64,000 nt of DNA from an uncultured Pseudohongiella sp. (GTDB lineage: Bacteria > Pseudomonadota > Gammaproteobacteria > Pseudomonadales > Pseudohongiellaceae). Below are positions 42,029 through 52,593 of this stretch, piece by piece; the stretch's first letter is position 1, and the number at the start of each line of letters is the position of its first letter. The stretch covers positions 2,353-66,352 of the forward strand of contig CAZQFA010000011.1 of assembly GCA_964592245.1 (NCBI GenBank), in the 5' to 3' direction. Under the pieces are notes generated by a model that worked only from the letters and a program-made list of their open reading frames with translations, made no database searches and was not told the DNA's origin. Made by a program: the position numbers and the translations under genes.

Positions 42029-43555
42029 ATGTGTGGATTGGTCGGTGTAGTCACGAGTAACGATGTAGGCGTTTGCCTTTACGATACGCTCACCGTATTA
42101 CAGCATCGCGGCCAGGATGCCGCCGGCATCATGACCAGTGATAACGGCAAACTCAATTTACGCAAGGACAATGGACTGATCCGCGATGTGTTCCGAACCC
42201 GGCATATGCGCCGGCTTACTGGCCAGATGGGGATAGGGCACGTACGCTATCCGACAGCTGGCAGCTCCAGTCCGGCACTGGCACAGCCGTTCTATGTAAA
42301 TTCGCCTTACGGTCTGGCCCTGACCCACAATGGCAACCTCACTAACGCGGCTGAACTCAGCCGCGATTTGTTTAAGGAAGATCTTCGCCACATCAACACC
42401 GATTCCGATTCGGAGGTGTTGTTGAATGTCTTTGCCCACGAGCTGCAATTGCGCGGCAAGATCAAGCCCACTCCCGAAGACGTCTTTGAGGCGGTAGAAG
42501 GGGTGCACAAGCGTTGCCGCGGCGGTTATGCGGCTATTGTTATGATCACCGGCTACGGCATTGTGGGTTTCCGAGACCGCAACGGCATTCGGCCGCTGGT
42601 GTATGGAAGTCGCGAGACCGATCATGGCAAGGAATACATGATTGTTTCCGAGAGTGTTGGTCTCGACGCCCAGGGCTTCAGTATTGAAAGAGATGTGGCA
42701 CCTGGTGAGGCAGTCTATATCGATGTCGACGGTAAGCTGCATACCAAGGTCTGCGCCGAGCCCGGCCGCCATACGCCGTGTATTTTTGAGCATGTGTATT
42801 TCGCGCGTCCGGATTCACTCATGGACAGTATCTCTGTGTACAAGTCACGCATGCGTATGGGCGAGCGTCTGGCTGCCAAGATCAAGCGCGAACGCCCCGA
42901 TCACGACATCGATGTAGTCATTCCGATTCCCGATACCAGTCGTACCTCTGCACTGGAGTTGGCCAACAGTCTCGGACTGAAGTTCCGCGAAGGCTTCGTC
43001 AAGAATCGCTATATCGGCCGCACGTTCATCATGCCGGGGCAGAGTCAGCGGCGGAAATCGGTACGCCAGAAACTCAATGCCATCGAACTGGAATTCCGTG
43101 GCAAAAATGTGATGCTGGTGGACGATTCCATCGTGCGTGGCACTACCTGTCAGCAGATTATTCAGATGGCGCGCGACGCCGGTGCCAAGAAAGTATACTT
43201 CGCTTCAGCGGCGCCAGCGGTTCGTTATCCCAATGTCTATGGTATCGACATGCCGGCAGCGGCAGAATTGATTGCATCGGGCAAGACAGACAGCGAAGTG
43301 GAAGCAGCAATTGGCGCCGACTGGCTGATCTATCAGGATCTGGATGACCTGATCGCTGCCTGTGCCGAAGGTAATCCGAATATATCCGAGTTTGAATGTT
43401 CGGTATTCAACGGCGAATACATTACCGGGGATGTGGATGAGATGTATCTCCGTCGCCTGGAAATGCGGCGCAATGATGCCGCCAAGAAAGCCAAGAACGG
43501 ACAGGAAGTCAGCAAGCAACAAAACCTCGTCGCAGATCTTTCCAGCGACGCCTAA
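42029..43555 (+). CDS. purF: amidophosphoribosyltransferase
   Basis: 508 aa with Ntn start [14 protein letters not shown], and PRTase motif [13 protein letters not shown]. Confidence 0.96.
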   Translation: MCGLVGVVTSNDVGVCLYDTLTVLQHRGQDAAGIMTSDNGKLNLRKDNGLIRDVFRTRHMRRLTGQMGIGHVRYPTAGSSSPALAQPFYVNSPYGLALTHNGNLTNAAELSRDLFKEDLRHINTDSDSEVLLNVFAHELQLRGKIKPTPEDVFEAVEGVHKRCRGGYAAIVMITGYGIVGFRDRNGIRPLVYGSRETDHGKEYMIVSESVGLDAQGFSIERDVAPGEAVYIDVDGKLHTKVCAEPGRHTPCIFEHVYFARPDSLMDSISVYKSRMRMGERLAAKIKRERPDHDIDVVIPIPDTSRTSALELANSLGLKFREGFVKNRYIGRTFIMPGQSQRRKSVRQKLNAIELEFRGKNVMLVDDSIVRGTTCQQIIQMARDAGAKKVYFASAAPAVRYPNVYGIDMPAAAELIASGKTDSEVEAAIGADWLIYQDLDDLIAACAEGNPNISEFECSVFNGEYITGDVDEMYLRRLEMRRNDAAKKAKNGQEVSKQQNLVADLSSDA

Positions 43556-43581
43556 AGGCAACCGGGTAACCGTCTTAAGCA

Positions 43582-44562
43582 ATGTTTTCTCTGAATCTGG
43601 ACAAGGCCGAAGACGGCCGGGCACAACTGGTGGACAATCAGTATTCGGAAATGGTGCAAGTAGCCGTTACCGAGGTCAGCAAGGCACTACTGGGTAAAGA
43701 GCAGCAGATACGCCTGTCTCTTTGCTGTCTGTTTTCAGGCGGGCATCTGCTGCTGGAAGACTTGCCGGGTATGGGCAAGACGACTTTGTCCTATGCACTG
43801 GCCAAAGCGCTGGGACTGAATTACAACCGTATTCAATTTACCAGTGACTTGTTACCGGCCGATATCCTCGGCATCTCTGTCTACGATCAAAGTGCGAGTC
43901 AGTTTTCTTTTCATCCCGGGCCCATTTTCAATCAGCTGGTTCTGGCCGATGAGATTAATCGCACCACGCCGAAGACACAGAGCGCTTTGCTCGAGGCGAT
44001 GGAAGAACATCAGGTCACCGTCGAAGGAGAAACCCGCCGGCTGCCGGATCCGTTTTTCGTCATTGCCACGCAGAATCCGATCAATCTTGCCGGTACCTAT
44101 CCACTTCCCGAATCGCAGCTGGACCGCTTTCTCATGCGCTTGCGACTGGGTTACCCGGATCAGCGTGCCGAAAGAGAGCTACTGGAAATGGATACCGAGC
44201 GCGACAAGGTGGAAGCGGTACAGCAATGCCTGCAACTGGAGCAGGTAATCGATTTCCGGCAACGATCTGCCACCGTTAAAGCCAGTTCGGCGTTACTCGA
44301 CTACGTCCAGCGACTGATTGCGCATACTCGCAGTCATGAGGAATTTCATTTTGGTCTGTCACCCCGCGGTAGCCTGGCATTAATGCGGGCGGCAAAGACC
44401 TGGGCACTAATGTGCGGCCGTGATCACGTCGTGCCGGAGGACGTGCAGACGGTTTTACCTCCTGTTGTGGAACATCGATTGCGGGCCATGTCAGACGAAG
44501 ACGGCCATACCGGCGCCGCATTGGTACAACGCCTGCTCAATGAAGTGGATGTCATCGACTAA
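43582..44562 (+). CDS. MoxR-family AAA+ ATPase (module 1)
   Basis: 326 aa with Walker A LPGMGKTT, Walker B/sensor [22 protein letters not shown] and VIATQNP. Confidence 0.9.
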   Translation: MFSLNLDKAEDGRAQLVDNQYSEMVQVAVTEVSKALLGKEQQIRLSLCCLFSGGHLLLEDLPGMGKTTLSYALAKALGLNYNRIQFTSDLLPADILGISVYDQSASQFSFHPGPIFNQLVLADEINRTTPKTQSALLEAMEEHQVTVEGETRRLPDPFFVIATQNPINLAGTYPLPESQLDRFLMRLRLGYPDQRAERELLEMDTERDKVEAVQQCLQLEQVIDFRQRSATVKASSALLDYVQRLIAHTRSHEEFHFGLSPRGSLALMRAAKTWALMCGRDHVVPEDVQTVLPPVVEHRLRAMSDEDGHTGAALVQRLLNEVDVID

Positions 44563-44582
44563 TTTTTCCGACGACCAAGGCC

Positions 44583-45551
44583 ATGGCCTCTCAACTGCAA
44601 GCGCGGATAAAAGAACGATTCGATCTCTGGATAGCCAGACGCATACCGGTTCAGGAAGCGACTACACTCAACCGGCGTATTATTTATGTGCTGCCGACGC
44701 GCAACGGACTGATGTTCATCCTCGCGGCTGGCCTGATTTTCATTGGTGCCATCAACTACGCGGTAAGTCTTGCCTTCGGTCTGGCCTTTATGATGGTCAG
44801 TCTGTTCATTCTCTCCATCCTGCACTGTTTCAATAACCTCAACCAACTACAAGTCAGTTCCCAGCCCTGCATGCCCGTCTATTGCGGCGAAGAAATCGGC
44901 TTCAATATTGTTTTGAGCCGTGCCTTCGACCGCAAGCATGAAAAGCTGGAGTTGCGCTTTAATGACAGCCCCGTATCGCTGGCTGATCTGACGCAGGTGG
45001 ACCGGGAGCAAGTGAAAGTATTCACCCCGGCAACGCAGCGCGGGTTATTCAAAGCGCCGTTGCTGCGCATAACCACCTACTTCCCGTTGGGATTGTGTCG
45101 AGCCTGGTCGGTAGTCAATCTGGATTTACATTGTCTGGTTTATCCCAAGCCGGTGCCCTTTGCCCTGGAGTCTTTCAATAGCGGTACCGGCGGTAATGAC
45201 GACTCGGCGCTGGTAGTTGCTGGCAGTGAAGATTTTTACGGCTTGCGCGATTATGTGCCCGGCGACTCTTTGCGGCAGGTGGCCTGGAAGAGTGTTGCCC
45301 GTGGGCAAGGTATGCATGTCAAACAATTCGTTGATTACCGCGACAGTAAAGTCTGGCTGGAGTGGGATATGTTTTACGGCTTTGCTGTTGAAGAGCGGTT
45401 GTCACGACTGTGCTACTGCGTACAACGTCTGGCCAATAGCGGGCAGCCTTTCGGCCTGAAACTGCCAGGCGTGGAAGTGGCACCTGCCACGGGTGCGAGC
45501 CACCGCAATAAGCTGCTGCGGATTCTCGCGCTTTACGGAAAGGAGGACTAG
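44583..45551 (+). CDS. DUF58 domain protein (module 1)
   Basis: 322 aa. Two N-terminal TM helices and DUF58 signature GSEDFYGLRDYVPGDSLRQVAWKSVAR. Follows moxR. Confidence 0.85.
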   Translation: MASQLQARIKERFDLWIARRIPVQEATTLNRRIIYVLPTRNGLMFILAAGLIFIGAINYAVSLAFGLAFMMVSLFILSILHCFNNLNQLQVSSQPCMPVYCGEEIGFNIVLSRAFDRKHEKLELRFNDSPVSLADLTQVDREQVKVFTPATQRGLFKAPLLRITTYFPLGLCRAWSVVNLDLHCLVYPKPVPFALESFNSGTGGNDDSALVVAGSEDFYGLRDYVPGDSLRQVAWKSVARGQGMHVKQFVDYRDSKVWLEWDMFYGFAVEERLSRLCYCVQRLANSGQPFGLKLPGVEVAPATGASHRNKLLRILALYGKED

Positions 45552-45557
45552 GAGCGG

Positions 45558-47621
45558 ATGGAATTGAGCTATCAAATTCCGCGCGCGGCGCTACTGTGGG
45601 TGTTGCTGTCAGTGGTGATGGTGACACTGCCGCAGGCAACGAGAATGCCGTTGTGGATCTCCCTGATCGGTATCCTCTGTGTTGTCTGGCGCCTGGCGAT
45701 TCATGCCGGCAAGCTGGACTATCCCGGCCGCTGGATGCGTTCAGCGGTAGTTATCTGCACGCTTATCTTCACGCTGAGTCAATTGCGCAATATCGGACTG
45801 GGGTTAGATAGCGCTGCCGCCTTGTTGTCCCTGGGTTTTGTTTTCAAGCTGATCGAGATGCGCAACAAGCGCGACATCTATGTGGTCATGAGCCTGTGTT
45901 TCATCATGTGCATGGTGTCATTCCTGTACACACAAAGTGCGGTAATCACGCTCTACATTACCGCCTGTGTCATTGTCGTACTCACAGCACTGATCAGTTT
46001 GCATCGCAGCGACGACAATCAGAGCGGCAAGGCGAATTTCTCTTTGGCGATGAAAATGAGTCTGCAAGCCTTGCCACTCACTATCGTCTTGTTCCTGGTA
46101 TTCCCGCGTATTGCGCCATTGTGGTCAGTGCCATTCCAGAACAACAGTGGCGAAACCGGTGTCAGCAATGAAATGACCCCGGGCGATCTGGCGCTACTCG
46201 GCCGCTCCAGTGAGCTGGCATTTCGCGTTCAGTTCGAAGGCGCGCCACCGCCACTGCATGCCAATCTTTACTGGCGTGGTCTCGTACTGGAACATTTCGA
46301 TGGCGAGACCTGGCGCCGTAATAGACCGGGATCGTCCTATGCCGAGGCGGCGCAGCGTAATGATTTTAGCTGGGACTGGGAGGACCGGGTCAACACACAG
46401 GGCGAGGCATTGCACTACAACGTGATCATGGAGCCTACCCAGCAACCGTGGTTATTCGGACTGCATCTGGCGCAGCGCGAATCGGGTAACTTGTTGCAGT
46501 CGCGCAATTTTGAGATTTTTAATAACGGACTGGTCAGCAAACGCTTCAGCTATGACCTGCACAGCTTCAGCAATAACCAGACAGATCTGATCCTGCTGGA
46601 CAGTGCCCGGCGGCGTGCGCTGGAGTTACCTGAGCGGGGTAATGTGGCCAGTCGTCAGTTCGCCAGGGAATTACGCGCCAGTGTCAGCTCAGATCGTGAC
46701 TATGTCTATGCGGTACTGGCACATTTCCAGCGCAATCCTTTCTACTACACCCTGAATCCTCCCTTGCTCGGTGAACAGCGCATCGATGATTTTCTGTTCA
46801 ATACCCGCAACGGCTTTTGTGAGCATTACGCCAGTACCTTTTCCTTCCTGATGCGTGCGGCAGGGATTCCGTCGCGGGTCGTCGTCGGCTATCAGGGCGC
46901 TGAATACAACCGCTTCGAAGACTATATGATGGTCTATCAGTATAACGCCCATGCCTGGAACGAGGTGTGGCTTGAGGGAGAAGGCTGGGTACGCTTTGAT
47001 CCGACGGCTGCCGTTTCTCCCGAGCGCATCGAATTAGGTGTGGAGGCAGCGTTGGCAGAAGACCCGGCATTCATGGAAGAGTCATTGTTCAGTGCCGCGC
47101 GCCTGGGTCAGCTGGGCTGGCTCAATACCCTGCGATTGCGACTGGATGCCCTGGAGTACGAATGGAATCGCCGCGTTGTCAGCTACGACCAGTCAGAACA
47201 ATACGACCTCTTTGAGCGCTTGTTCGGGCAGGTGACGGAGCAAAAGATCTTGTTGTTACTGTCCGGGCTGGCAACGCTGGTGGTCGTGACGCTGGCAATA
47301 ATAGTGATACGTGGCACGCCGAAAAAGGCGTCGGACCCGGTCAATCACCTTTATCACCGCCTCAGTCGCGAGTTACAAAAAGTAGGGATGCCGAGAGGAC
47401 GCGGAGAGGGACCAATAGCCTACCGGGATCGGGTGCTGGCTCGTTATCCGGAATTGCAGGAGCCAATGACGGAACTAACGGCGATGTTTGTTGCTGCCAG
47501 CTACCGGCAAGCAGACGATCCCCAATCCAGACAAAGAATGTTGCGGGGATTCCGGCAGGGCTTGTTACAGCTGCGATTGAAACTCTTGCCGCTGTCTCGC
47601 GTAACGACTAGCCACCGCTAA
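45558..47621 (+). CDS. tgpA: membrane transglutaminase, TgpA-like (DUF3488 / transglutaminase core / DUF4129)
   Basis: 687 aa. N-terminal polytopic region, catalytic Cys in NGFCEHYAS, His in NAHAWNEVW, Asp in VRFDPT, C-terminal TM helix and tail. MoxR-DUF58-TgpA order as remembered for P. aeruginosa. Confidence 0.85.
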   Translation: MELSYQIPRAALLWVLLSVVMVTLPQATRMPLWISLIGILCVVWRLAIHAGKLDYPGRWMRSAVVICTLIFTLSQLRNIGLGLDSAAALLSLGFVFKLIEMRNKRDIYVVMSLCFIMCMVSFLYTQSAVITLYITACVIVVLTALISLHRSDDNQSGKANFSLAMKMSLQALPLTIVLFLVFPRIAPLWSVPFQNNSGETGVSNEMTPGDLALLGRSSELAFRVQFEGAPPPLHANLYWRGLVLEHFDGETWRRNRPGSSYAEAAQRNDFSWDWEDRVNTQGEALHYNVIMEPTQQPWLFGLHLAQRESGNLLQSRNFEIFNNGLVSKRFSYDLHSFSNNQTDLILLDSARRRALELPERGNVASRQFARELRASVSSDRDYVYAVLAHFQRNPFYYTLNPPLLGEQRIDDFLFNTRNGFCEHYASTFSFLMRAAGIPSRVVVGYQGAEYNRFEDYMMVYQYNAHAWNEVWLEGEGWVRFDPTAAVSPERIELGVEAALAEDPAFMEESLFSAARLGQLGWLNTLRLRLDALEYEWNRRVVSYDQSEQYDLFERLFGQVTEQKILLLLSGLATLVVVTLAIIVIRGTPKKASDPVNHLYHRLSRELQKVGMPRGRGEGPIAYRDRVLARYPELQEPMTELTAMFVAASYRQADDPQSRQRMLRGFRQGLLQLRLKLLPLSRVTTSHR

Positions 47622-47967
47622 GACGTACCGTAAACCCGTCCTTCTCCAGCAATTTTTGTAGCGTTTGCCGGTGATCGCCCTGAATCTCCACAGTATTGTC
47701 TTTGATGCTGCCGCCGCTGCCGCAACTGGTCTTGAGGCGCTTGGCGAGGGCTTTCAGCGCCTCCGGCTTGAGCGCAAATCCACTCGCCACAGTCACTTCC
47801 TTGCCACCCCGGCCTTTGGTCTGGCGCTGAATTCTGATGATGCCATCATTGTGTGCAGGCTGGCGCCGTTGCTGATCACACTGGCATTTTTGCAATGCCT
47901 TGCCACAGCGCGGACAGGTGTTGTCACCGGCAGTGGAATAAACCAGTTTGCTGTTGCGCGGCAGCAC
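47608..47967 (-). CDS. yciH: translation initiation factor Sui1/YciH family
   Basis: 119 aa with SKLVYST, IIRIQRQTKGRGGKEVT, CGSGGSIKDNTVEIQGDHR and C-terminal LSGG, all close to E. coli YciH as recalled. N-terminal CPRCG..CQC knuckle. Confidence 0.9.
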   Translation of the reverse strand: MLPRNSKLVYSTAGDNTCPRCGKALQKCQCDQQRRQPAHNDGIIRIQRQTKGRGGKEVTVASGFALKPEALKALAKRLKTSCGSGGSIKDNTVEIQGDHRQTLQKLLEKDGFTVRLSGG

Positions 47968-47972
47968 AGTGC

Positions 47973-49751
47973 TCAGATCTTGTAGAGTGGTGGCAGGGCG
48001 TACTTGTCCTGGCGTGCCTGCTGTTTGCGGGCCTGACGATTCTTGCTGCGCAATGACTTGGCTGCAGCCAGCAATTCCTCTGGCTGGAATCCGGTGTCAG
48101 CTGACTCATTGTTGAAAAGATAGTTCTGGATACCCGCTGCGTAACGATGCAGTTCTGGCGTTTCCTGCTGTTGCAGGATGTCTTCCATGCTGCGTACCGG
48201 CCGTTCCTTAATGAAGTGACTGCTCCAGATGATGAATGCGCTGCGCACTTTCTTGATATCACGCGCGCGGCAAGCTTTCACCAGGTCACCGTAGGCAACA
48301 CTTTCGTTGTTCTCCGGCTCATAATGGTCCTGGAAGTTTTTGCTCCAGCGTCCGGTAGTTTGTCGAATAAGGCCATGTTGTGGGGCGATGGTGGCCTTGT
48401 AGATAACCAGCAAGGCGATGGTAATGGCCGCGGCAATGACGAGATTGAGCCAGATCGCGCCCACCTCAATAGTTTCAGCTTCCGCCTGTGCATCGATCAT
48501 ATCCTGGTCAATAACCGGGCCTGATTCCAGCAAGTCAGCCAGATTCTGGGTGCTGGCAACGCTCTGTTCGGAAGGCACAGCACCGGCGACAGCTGCCACT
48601 TGGATGGTCGTTGCCGGAATGATCGCGGTTTCAAGCTGATCGGTTTCCACGTTCCACCAGGGAATGGCAATTTCCGGAATAGCGATGTCGCCCGCCTGGG
48701 TCGGCACCAACGTCATCGACTCTTCACGACTGCCAACGATACGGCCATCGATGAAGGTGCGATCGATTTCCGGAGGATTGGGGTAGAGGTTCAATCCCTG
48801 AATGCGGCCATCGGCAAACGGCGGCAGCACGGCGCCATCCAGTCCTTCTGCCCGCATTGTAACAGTGCGCTCGAGAGAGTCGCCGACTTGCAAGTCGGTG
48901 AGATCATCACGCCATTCTTCGGTCAGGGTAAGGCTGGTCACCGGTAACCAGAAATCCAGTTCCTGGGCGGCAGCAGGGCGTTCTTTGACATCGATGGTGA
49001 TGCCATCGATGAAGGCAGTAACGCGACGGGTATTGAGATTGCGGAAAACGAAGTTGCTGGTGCCATCGGTGACTTCGCCGCGGAACAGGATGTCCGGAAT
49101 CTCCAGCGGTCCGCTGCGCTGCGGGAATATCACATAACGCTTTTCGTAAACGCCGTAGCGCACACCATCAATCAATCGTTCATACTGATTGGGAGAGCCG
49201 ATCAACTGAATAACCGAGTCAGGCATTTCCAGTTCGGTGAATTGCGGATTGCGTATGCCGTTAATGGTGTAATACAGGCGTACACTGAACAGTAATTGCT
49301 CCTGTACGTAAACCGATTCCTTGTTGACGTCGATTTCGAGAAACAGGTCGTCGCTGGACTGGTTGGAGCGGGGCCCCTGATTGACGACGGAAATCTCGAT
49401 GGGATCGGTTTGCAGGTTGTTGATGCTCAACGCGGGAATAGTCAGGTCGCCCTCGTTGAGAGGAAACAGGGTGACGGTATAGTCAGTCCAGGACTCTGTG
49501 CGGCCATTAATGGAGCGTATCTGACTGGACGTGCGCGTGCCCAACACATCAAAGTCATCAGTCAATGGCGTCAGGTCTAACTGCATGCCATTGCGTTGGT
49601 CAAAGACTCTGACGGTCAGTGTCAGCGTCTCGCCGCGCGCCAGCTCAGTACGATCGACGGAAACTTCCAGTTCCTGATCTTGCGCTGTGGCAAGCACAGG
49701 CAAAAGACAAGTCAGGCAGAACAGGGTGGCTTTGAGCATTCGGCTTACCAT
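47973..49751 (-). CDS. batD: BatD-like protein (oxygen-tolerance family)
   Basis: 592 aa. Signal peptide (LFCLTCLLPVLATAQD), long beta-rich periplasmic region, one late TM helix (LNLVIAAAITIALLVIY). Last large gene of the Bat-type operon. Confidence 0.75.
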   Translation of the reverse strand: MVSRMLKATLFCLTCLLPVLATAQDQELEVSVDRTELARGETLTLTVRVFDQRNGMQLDLTPLTDDFDVLGTRTSSQIRSINGRTESWTDYTVTLFPLNEGDLTIPALSINNLQTDPIEISVVNQGPRSNQSSDDLFLEIDVNKESVYVQEQLLFSVRLYYTINGIRNPQFTELEMPDSVIQLIGSPNQYERLIDGVRYGVYEKRYVIFPQRSGPLEIPDILFRGEVTDGTSNFVFRNLNTRRVTAFIDGITIDVKERPAAAQELDFWLPVTSLTLTEEWRDDLTDLQVGDSLERTVTMRAEGLDGAVLPPFADGRIQGLNLYPNPPEIDRTFIDGRIVGSREESMTLVPTQAGDIAIPEIAIPWWNVETDQLETAIIPATTIQVAAVAGAVPSEQSVASTQNLADLLESGPVIDQDMIDAQAEAETIEVGAIWLNLVIAAAITIALLVIYKATIAPQHGLIRQTTGRWSKNFQDHYEPENNESVAYGDLVKACRARDIKKVRSAFIIWSSHFIKERPVRSMEDILQQQETPELHRYAAGIQNYLFNNESADTGFQPEELLAAAKSLRSKNRQARKQQARQDKYALPPLYKI

Positions 49752-51535
49752 ATCTGACCTCCGTCACGGGCATTGGCGGTACCGTCGAGTTGTCGCTGTC
49801 GGTACTGGTAGCGGAACTTGCGACGTAATAGCTCGCCGGGATCATCTTCTATACGGCGTAGCCATTGTTCCAACGCCTGCTGCTCCTCGAACTCTTCGTT
49901 CTCGGATTCGCTCGGTGTATTTTGTTCGCTGTTGGATTCGGAGCTTTCCTGTTCTTCAGGAGGTTGATTCTCCTGCTGTTGTTGCTGCTGCTCGTCCTGG
50001 TTGCCTTCCTGGCTCTCCTGATCTTGCTGTTCGTTATTTTCTTGCTCTTGTTCCTGTTGCTGATCGGAATTCTGTTGCGACTGGCTGTCAGAGCTTTCAC
50101 CTTCTTCCTGTTCAGCAGGGTCGGTCTGTTCCTGTTCCAGTAGCTGCTCAACAATTTTCTTGTTGTGAAGGGCGTCGGCGTGCTCTGGCTCCATTGCCAG
50201 CGTGCGCTCGTAAGCGGCGATGGCTTCGGCGTAGTTGCCCATCATGGCCAGTGCATTGCCGCGATTGTAGTGTCCGTCCGGTGTGTCCGAGGCGCTGAAG
50301 GCGGCGATTGCCGATTCATAATTCTGAGACCGGTAATTGGCCACACCAGCCCATTCCGGCGATTCGAACAAGGCGGCGGCAGTCGCGGCGTCTTCGTTGG
50401 CCATAGCCTCGGCGCCACGCTGGTCTGGCGTTTGCCAGAGGCTGGACCAACCCCAGCCCTGAGCATAGGTTTGCTCCACTGGTGTCAAGGTGCCACCTAT
50501 CACTATAAACGCCATGGCGAATAGCCAGCCGCGGCGGAAGATGAGGGCAGTAAACGGCAACACCAGTAGCAGAATCCAGGGGCCGGCCTCATACCAGACA
50601 TCGAATTGCTCATCGACGTCAGACAGTTGGGTATCATCCAGCAGTTCATTGTCAGGCAGCAGATAAGCCAGATCGGAATCCGCCAGCTGGATATCGTGAT
50701 AGCGGCCGCCGACACGATTGGTCAGCGACTGCAGCACATTGCGGTTTAAAGTAGGTACGACGATAGTGCCGGCATCATCCATCAGGAAGCCGCCATCACT
50801 GGTGCGAATAGGGGCGCCTTCTTCCGTACCAATACCCATGACCAGCAATTCGTAATCAGTTGCCTCAATGATCTCGGTAATGCGTTGCTCTTCCTGAAAG
50901 CCGGCGATGCCATCGGTCATTAACAGAATTTTGCCCCGGTTCGACTCTATCTCGTCGAGCAAGGCGACTGCTCTTTGAATTGCGGGTACAGGATTACTGC
51001 CGAACAGCGGCATGATGTTGGGACTCAGCGACGGCACCAAAGACGCAATGGTGACCACGTCATCGGTCAGCGGAGTGACGGTATGTGAGTCCCCGGCATA
51101 GACAATCAATGCCGTCTGACCCTCTTCCCGTAAATCCAGAATGTCGCGCAGTTTGCGTTTGGCCAGATCCAGACGACTGGGATCGTGATCACTGGCAAAC
51201 ATGGACAGTGACAAGTCCATGACAATGACCAGCGCATCTTCGCGTTGCTGTACCGGCTGTGGTAGCTCTTCCCAGACCGGGCCTGCCATGGCCAGGGTGC
51301 TGAGAATCCAGACCACCAGTAACAGATAGAGTGGTGTGCGCTGGGCGTTGCTCTTGCTGCGATCGAGCAGGAAGGGTAGCAAGGACTTATCGATGGCTTT
51401 GTCCCAGGCCGTCAGAACGGCATTGGTACGCCAGAGCGCGGTGCAGAACAGGACTGCAGGAATGAGTCCCAGCAGCCACCAGGGGCGGAGGAAATGGAAA
51501 TCCTGCAGCAAGGATGTCGGGATAGACAGTTCCAT
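49745..51535 (-). CDS. batB: VWA-domain / TPR fusion protein (BatB plus BatC-like)
   Basis: 596 aa. N-terminal TM helices, VWA with MIDAS DLSLSM, TM helices, TPR (YNRGNALAMMGNYAEAIAAYERTL), then a Gln/Glu/Ser-rich low-complexity region and a basic C-terminus. Confidence 0.8.
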   Translation of the reverse strand: MELSIPTSLLQDFHFLRPWWLLGLIPAVLFCTALWRTNAVLTAWDKAIDKSLLPFLLDRSKSNAQRTPLYLLLVVWILSTLAMAGPVWEELPQPVQQREDALVIVMDLSLSMFASDHDPSRLDLAKRKLRDILDLREEGQTALIVYAGDSHTVTPLTDDVVTIASLVPSLSPNIMPLFGSNPVPAIQRAVALLDEIESNRGKILLMTDGIAGFQEEQRITEIIEATDYELLVMGIGTEEGAPIRTSDGGFLMDDAGTIVVPTLNRNVLQSLTNRVGGRYHDIQLADSDLAYLLPDNELLDDTQLSDVDEQFDVWYEAGPWILLLVLPFTALIFRRGWLFAMAFIVIGGTLTPVEQTYAQGWGWSSLWQTPDQRGAEAMANEDAATAAALFESPEWAGVANYRSQNYESAIAAFSASDTPDGHYNRGNALAMMGNYAEAIAAYERTLAMEPEHADALHNKKIVEQLLEQEQTDPAEQEEGESSDSQSQQNSDQQQEQEQENNEQQDQESQEGNQDEQQQQQQENQPPEEQESSESNSEQNTPSESENEEFEEQQALEQWLRRIEDDPGELLRRKFRYQYRQRQLDGTANARDGGQIW

Positions 51536-52593
51536 CAGGCTTGACTCCCGCTGGTAACATCACCGTCTTCTTCATCGAAATTGTCGACACGGGCGCGACC
51601 AAACAAAGCCATCCAGGGAATAGAGGCCAGTGCCAACAGAAAGCTGATTAACAATGCCGTGCCCAGCGGGTAATAGAACAGTACCCGTGTCGGGCGGTAG
51701 GTCTGGTCGTCCTGCTCGATGGTTTCGAGTCGATCCAGCTCTTCGTAGATATCAACGAGATCACTGACGTCGCGAGCGCGGAAGTAACGACCGCCAGTGG
51801 ACTCGGCAATTTGTGTCAGCACGGCTTCATCCAGCTCGGCGGATGGATTGATGGCGCGGGCACCGAAGAAGGTGCGTTGCACGACCTGATCGGCGCCGAT
51901 ACCAATAGTGTAGACACGGATGTTTTCCTGCTGCGCCAGCAGGCCAGCCTGCTCGGGCGAGACCGAACCGGCATTATTGACGCCGTCAGTCAGCAGCACG
52001 AGTACGCGGCTGTTCTCCGGGCGATTGCGCAAATGGATGACGGCCAGGCCGATGGCGTCGCCGATTGCGGTGGCCGATTCTTCGATAATGCCGATCTCGG
52101 CTTCTTCCAACAGTGTGCCGACGGTTTCGCGGTCAAAAGTCAGTGGTGCCTGGATATAGGCATGAGCAGCAAACAGGATCAGTCCGAGCCGATCACCTTC
52201 GCGACGCTCGACGAAGTCACCAACGACGGCCTTGACCACATCAATGCGTGAAGCCTGACGATTACCGACGACCATGTCCTGGGCTTCCATACTGCCGGAG
52301 ATATCTACCGAGAGCATCAGGTCGCGGCCGGTGGACGGCAACTGCACCGGTTCGCCGAGCCATTGTGGGCGCGAGGCCGCCAGTACAACCAGTAGCCAGA
52401 TCAGGGCACAACAAACCAGATTGAGGCGACGGCCGCTGGCAATATTGTCATTGTCCGATTGCAGTGAAGACAGCACGCCAAAGAATGGCACATACAGCGC
52501 TGCATCCTGTCGCGGCGCCTGCGGCATGAAGCGGTAGACCAGATAGGGTAAGGGCAGCAAGACAAAGACCCAGGGCCAGGTGAACTCCAGCAT
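51535..52593 (-). CDS. batA: VWA-domain membrane protein BatA-like
   Basis: 352 aa. Two N-terminal TM helices, VWA with MIDAS DISGSM and LLTDGVNNAG, C-terminal TM helix. Confidence 0.82.
   Translation of the reverse strand: MLEFTWPWVFVLLPLPYLVYRFMPQAPRQDAALYVPFFGVLSSLQSDNDNIASGRRLNLVCCALIWLLVVLAASRPQWLGEPVQLPSTGRDLMLSVDISGSMEAQDMVVGNRQASRIDVVKAVVGDFVERREGDRLGLILFAAHAYIQAPLTFDRETVGTLLEEAEIGIIEESATAIGDAIGLAVIHLRNRPENSRVLVLLTDGVNNAGSVSPEQAGLLAQQENIRVYTIGIGADQVVQRTFFGARAINPSAELDEAVLTQIAESTGGRYFRARDVSDLVDIYEELDRLETIEQDDQTYRPTRVLFYYPLGTALLISFLLALASIPWMALFGRARVDNFDEEDGDVTSGSQA

Noticed and set aside
47608-47621. Both convergent gene pairs (tgpA/yciH here and DUF836/M15 peptidase at 60352-60365) overlap by exactly 14 nt, which might suggest a shared element.
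   Set aside because: The two 14-mers (CTAGCCACCGCTAA and TCAGCCTAGTTTGA) are not similar beyond containing stop codons on both strands. The equal length is most simply coincidence.
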